A stretch of DNA of 64,000 bases from an uncultured Caldithrix sp. (GTDB lineage Bacteria > Calditrichota > Calditrichia > RBG-13-44-9). Both the position numbers and the translations under genes were made by a program. Below, one piece after another: positions 62,394 through 64,000 of the stretch. The DNA lies in the NCBI GenBank assembly GCA_964461135.1, contig CAYWTB010000002.1, forward strand, positions 3,585-67,584, in the 5' to 3' direction. Numbering within the stretch: the first letter of the stretch is position 1; the number at the start of each line of letters is the position of its first letter. Under the pieces are notes generated by a model that was not told the DNA's origin, ran no database searches, and was given only the letters and a program-made list of their open reading frames with translations.

Positions 62394-62682
62394 TTTTCTG
62401 ATTCACCTGATTTAACCATTCATATTCTTCCCGGGTAAACACACCAATCTCCGCGCCCACACGTCTACCCGAAACAACCCGGAATGCCAAATACTGAGAT
62501 CCATTCATAAAATTGGACCAATAATATCCTTTCAATTCCAAAAAATCATTAGCTTCCAATATCACTCCATCAAATTGCGGATATCCGCCAACTAATTTCT
62601 CTTGCGTAAAAAACAAAGCCTTTCTAACCACAACATATTTGGTTCCAGCTGGAATCTGTCTACTTTTGGGAATTACTTTCAT
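62383..62682 (-). CDS. Hypothetical small protein
   Basis: 99-aa ORF with a 4-nt overlap to the upstream gene. Confidence 0.5.
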   Translation of the reverse strand: MKVIPKSRQIPAGTKYVVVRKALFFTQEKLVGGYPQFDGVILEANDFLELKGYYWSNFMNGSQYLAFRVVSGRRVGAEIGVFTREEYEWLNQVNQKNDG

Positions 62683-63089
62683 AGAATAGGCAATTCCTGT
62701 TTCTCTTTACAGCAAGGAAAACGAGTACACCCTAAAAACTTACCCCGTAGCCCGGGCTTAACAACCAATATACCACCACATTTACAGGGCCGGAATCTAT
62801 TCGCATCCCGGATCACCATCCGGATCACACTCTGAATATCTTCCCATTCAACGCTTTCTATTTGCCTGGCATAAATAAATCTTTCAGTTTTCGATTCAAC
62901 AATCTTAATTCTGATCGTATTCTTTTGATATAATGACGAACCAAATTTAGGAATACTGGAATAGACCCGAATGGTTAACCAGTTGTCCACCGAAAAGTCA
63001 TAAACCATTTCTTTCTGTGTAATATGGTTATTCCGCGCAAATCCCAAGTCATATAACAATTTTTCGAAAGTAGCAACGCTCTTGACCAT
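62679..63089 (-). CDS. Protein with C-terminal topoisomerase-type zinc finger; paralog of 14484..14927
   Basis: The C-terminus is CKCGGILVVKPGLRGKFLGCTRFPCCK. The N-terminal domain aligns with 14484..14927. Confidence 0.6.
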   Translation of the reverse strand: MVKSVATFEKLLYDLGFARNNHITQKEMVYDFSVDNWLTIRVYSSIPKFGSSLYQKNTIRIKIVESKTERFIYARQIESVEWEDIQSVIRMVIRDANRFRPCKCGGILVVKPGLRGKFLGCTRFPCCKEKQELPIL

Positions 63090-63095
63090 ACATCC

Positions 63096-63722
63096 CTATG
63101 CGAATTCCAAAAAATACTGTTTAGTTCTATTGACAATGTACTGACCCAGGCAGACCGCATCTGCAGAATCCTCATCCAATTCCTGATCGTTCCGCATTCC
63201 TAAAATACCTTTGGCGATCACCATGGAGAGCTGCTTACGAATCTCGCTCGGTTCATTAAATACCCCCAAAATGGAACCTTGCCAGGTTGCTGCAGGAACA
63301 GAAACGGTATCAAATCCAAGCATGTCACACCAGCCGAATATTCGATTCTTCTGTTCGGTCAATTTTTTGCTGGCCTGATAATTCTTTCCCAGGTACTGAT
63401 CTTCCACGGCCACAATCACGCTTTCATTACAAAATTCATTAGCAAATAACTTGAACTGATTCTGCAGGTCCTTCGGCTTTACCCTCTTTATAACCTGAAT
63501 TTCAGATTTCAGCCAAACCGATATTGCAACCTTCTTTTTCACATCAACCTTGGGATCAACGGCAATCACCACATCATAATTCTTCAAGATCTTAATGGTC
63601 ACACCTTTTCCCTCCTGAATCGGAATCACTTTTCTTTCCCACTTCGCACTCATCTGATCTCCCACATCTTCCACTTTTTCCGAATTCCAGTATAATATAC
63701 GTTGCATTTTTGGGTTTAGCAT
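63096..63722 (-). CDS. RuvC-like Holliday-junction resolvase (RNase H fold)
   Basis: Catalytic acidic residues sit in the expected order: VVIAVDP, IVAVEDQY, EDSADAVCLG. The first ATG lies inside a GTTTAGCATACTAAAT palindrome, so the true start may be 63707. Confidence 0.65.
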   Translation of the reverse strand: MLNPKMQRILYWNSEKVEDVGDQMSAKWERKVIPIQEGKGVTIKILKNYDVVIAVDPKVDVKKKVAISVWLKSEIQVIKRVKPKDLQNQFKLFANEFCNESVIVAVEDQYLGKNYQASKKLTEQKNRIFGWCDMLGFDTVSVPAATWQGSILGVFNEPSEIRKQLSMVIAKGILGMRNDQELDEDSADAVCLGQYIVNRTKQYFLEFA

Positions 63723-63793
63723 ACTAAATTATGACTGCATCTCCCATATCCACCACATCCCTGGGCGAGCATTCACACTGCTCGCCCTTTTAT

Positions 63794-63991
63794 TTACATC
63801 TGAATATCCTTCTGAATTTCCCGGATTTCCTTTATCACTTCCTTTCGGAATGCCTCATTTACCGTAGCCACATTACCATCCGCAACATCCTGAGTCAAAT
63901 CATCATATCCGGCATCAAATCCTAACTCTGCCAGAAACCGTGACGGTTCGGTTTCCTGATTGAACCTTGTCAGTACATGGCTTAAATACAC
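63794..63991 (-). CDS. Hypothetical small protein (near the window edge)
   Basis: 65-aa ORF on the dominant strand. Confidence 0.4.
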   Translation of the reverse strand: MYLSHVLTRFNQETEPSRFLAELGFDAGYDDLTQDVADGNVATVNEAFRKEVIKEIREIQKDIQM

Positions 63992-64000
63992 TCGCTGGAT

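Noticed and set aside
1-64000. Retron, DGR, CBASS, or toxin-antitoxin pairs of known type
   Set aside because: No reverse transcriptase, cyclase/CD-NTase, or recognisable TA family motifs were seen in any listed translation.

Overview
This 64-kb window is AT-rich by eye and coded almost entirely on the minus strand. It reads as mobile-element DNA with cargo, not core chromosome. No database search was possible, so every function below comes from reading motifs in the translations.

Left block (1-19.9 kb) is a temperate-phage or ICE-like early region. It holds an SF1 (UvrD-like) helicase interrupted by two inteins, a DnaC-like loader, and a Sak4-like ATPase with an SSB-like protein. A tyrosine integrase and excisionase sit next to a 3' tRNA fragment (att core). 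The block also has a Cas4-like exonuclease, a plus-strand PAS + XRE repressor module, six phased 52-53-bp repeats, and many small ORFs (DUF2958-, SEC-C- and zinc-ribbon-type).

Middle (20-56.3 kb) is accessory DNA:
- an SDR epimerase;
- a TrkH-type K+ transporter with a histidine kinase and a sigma54-dependent regulator;
- a stranded phage-like small-gene operon;
- a thermonuclease;
- a Type III R-M operon headed by a membrane protein;
- a string of single-gene cassette-like units (HEPN, PD-(D/E)xK, membrane proteins, TonB-C-like, SAM methyltransferase) separated by structured spacers with GTTAG(G/C)C cores, which look attC-like;
- GIY-YIG-like genes and an atypical LuxR regulator;
- T9SS-type secreted proteins.

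Right block (56.3-64 kb) is a second replication/recombination module. It has an N6-methylase-SNF2 fusion that stops abruptly at 56340, a beta sliding clamp, and a RuvC-like resolvase.

Several repeat families tie the blocks together: a 19-22-bp hairpin, a GTTTAG-N4-CTAAAC palindrome, a conserved promoter cassette, and 56-nt and 175-nt repeats.
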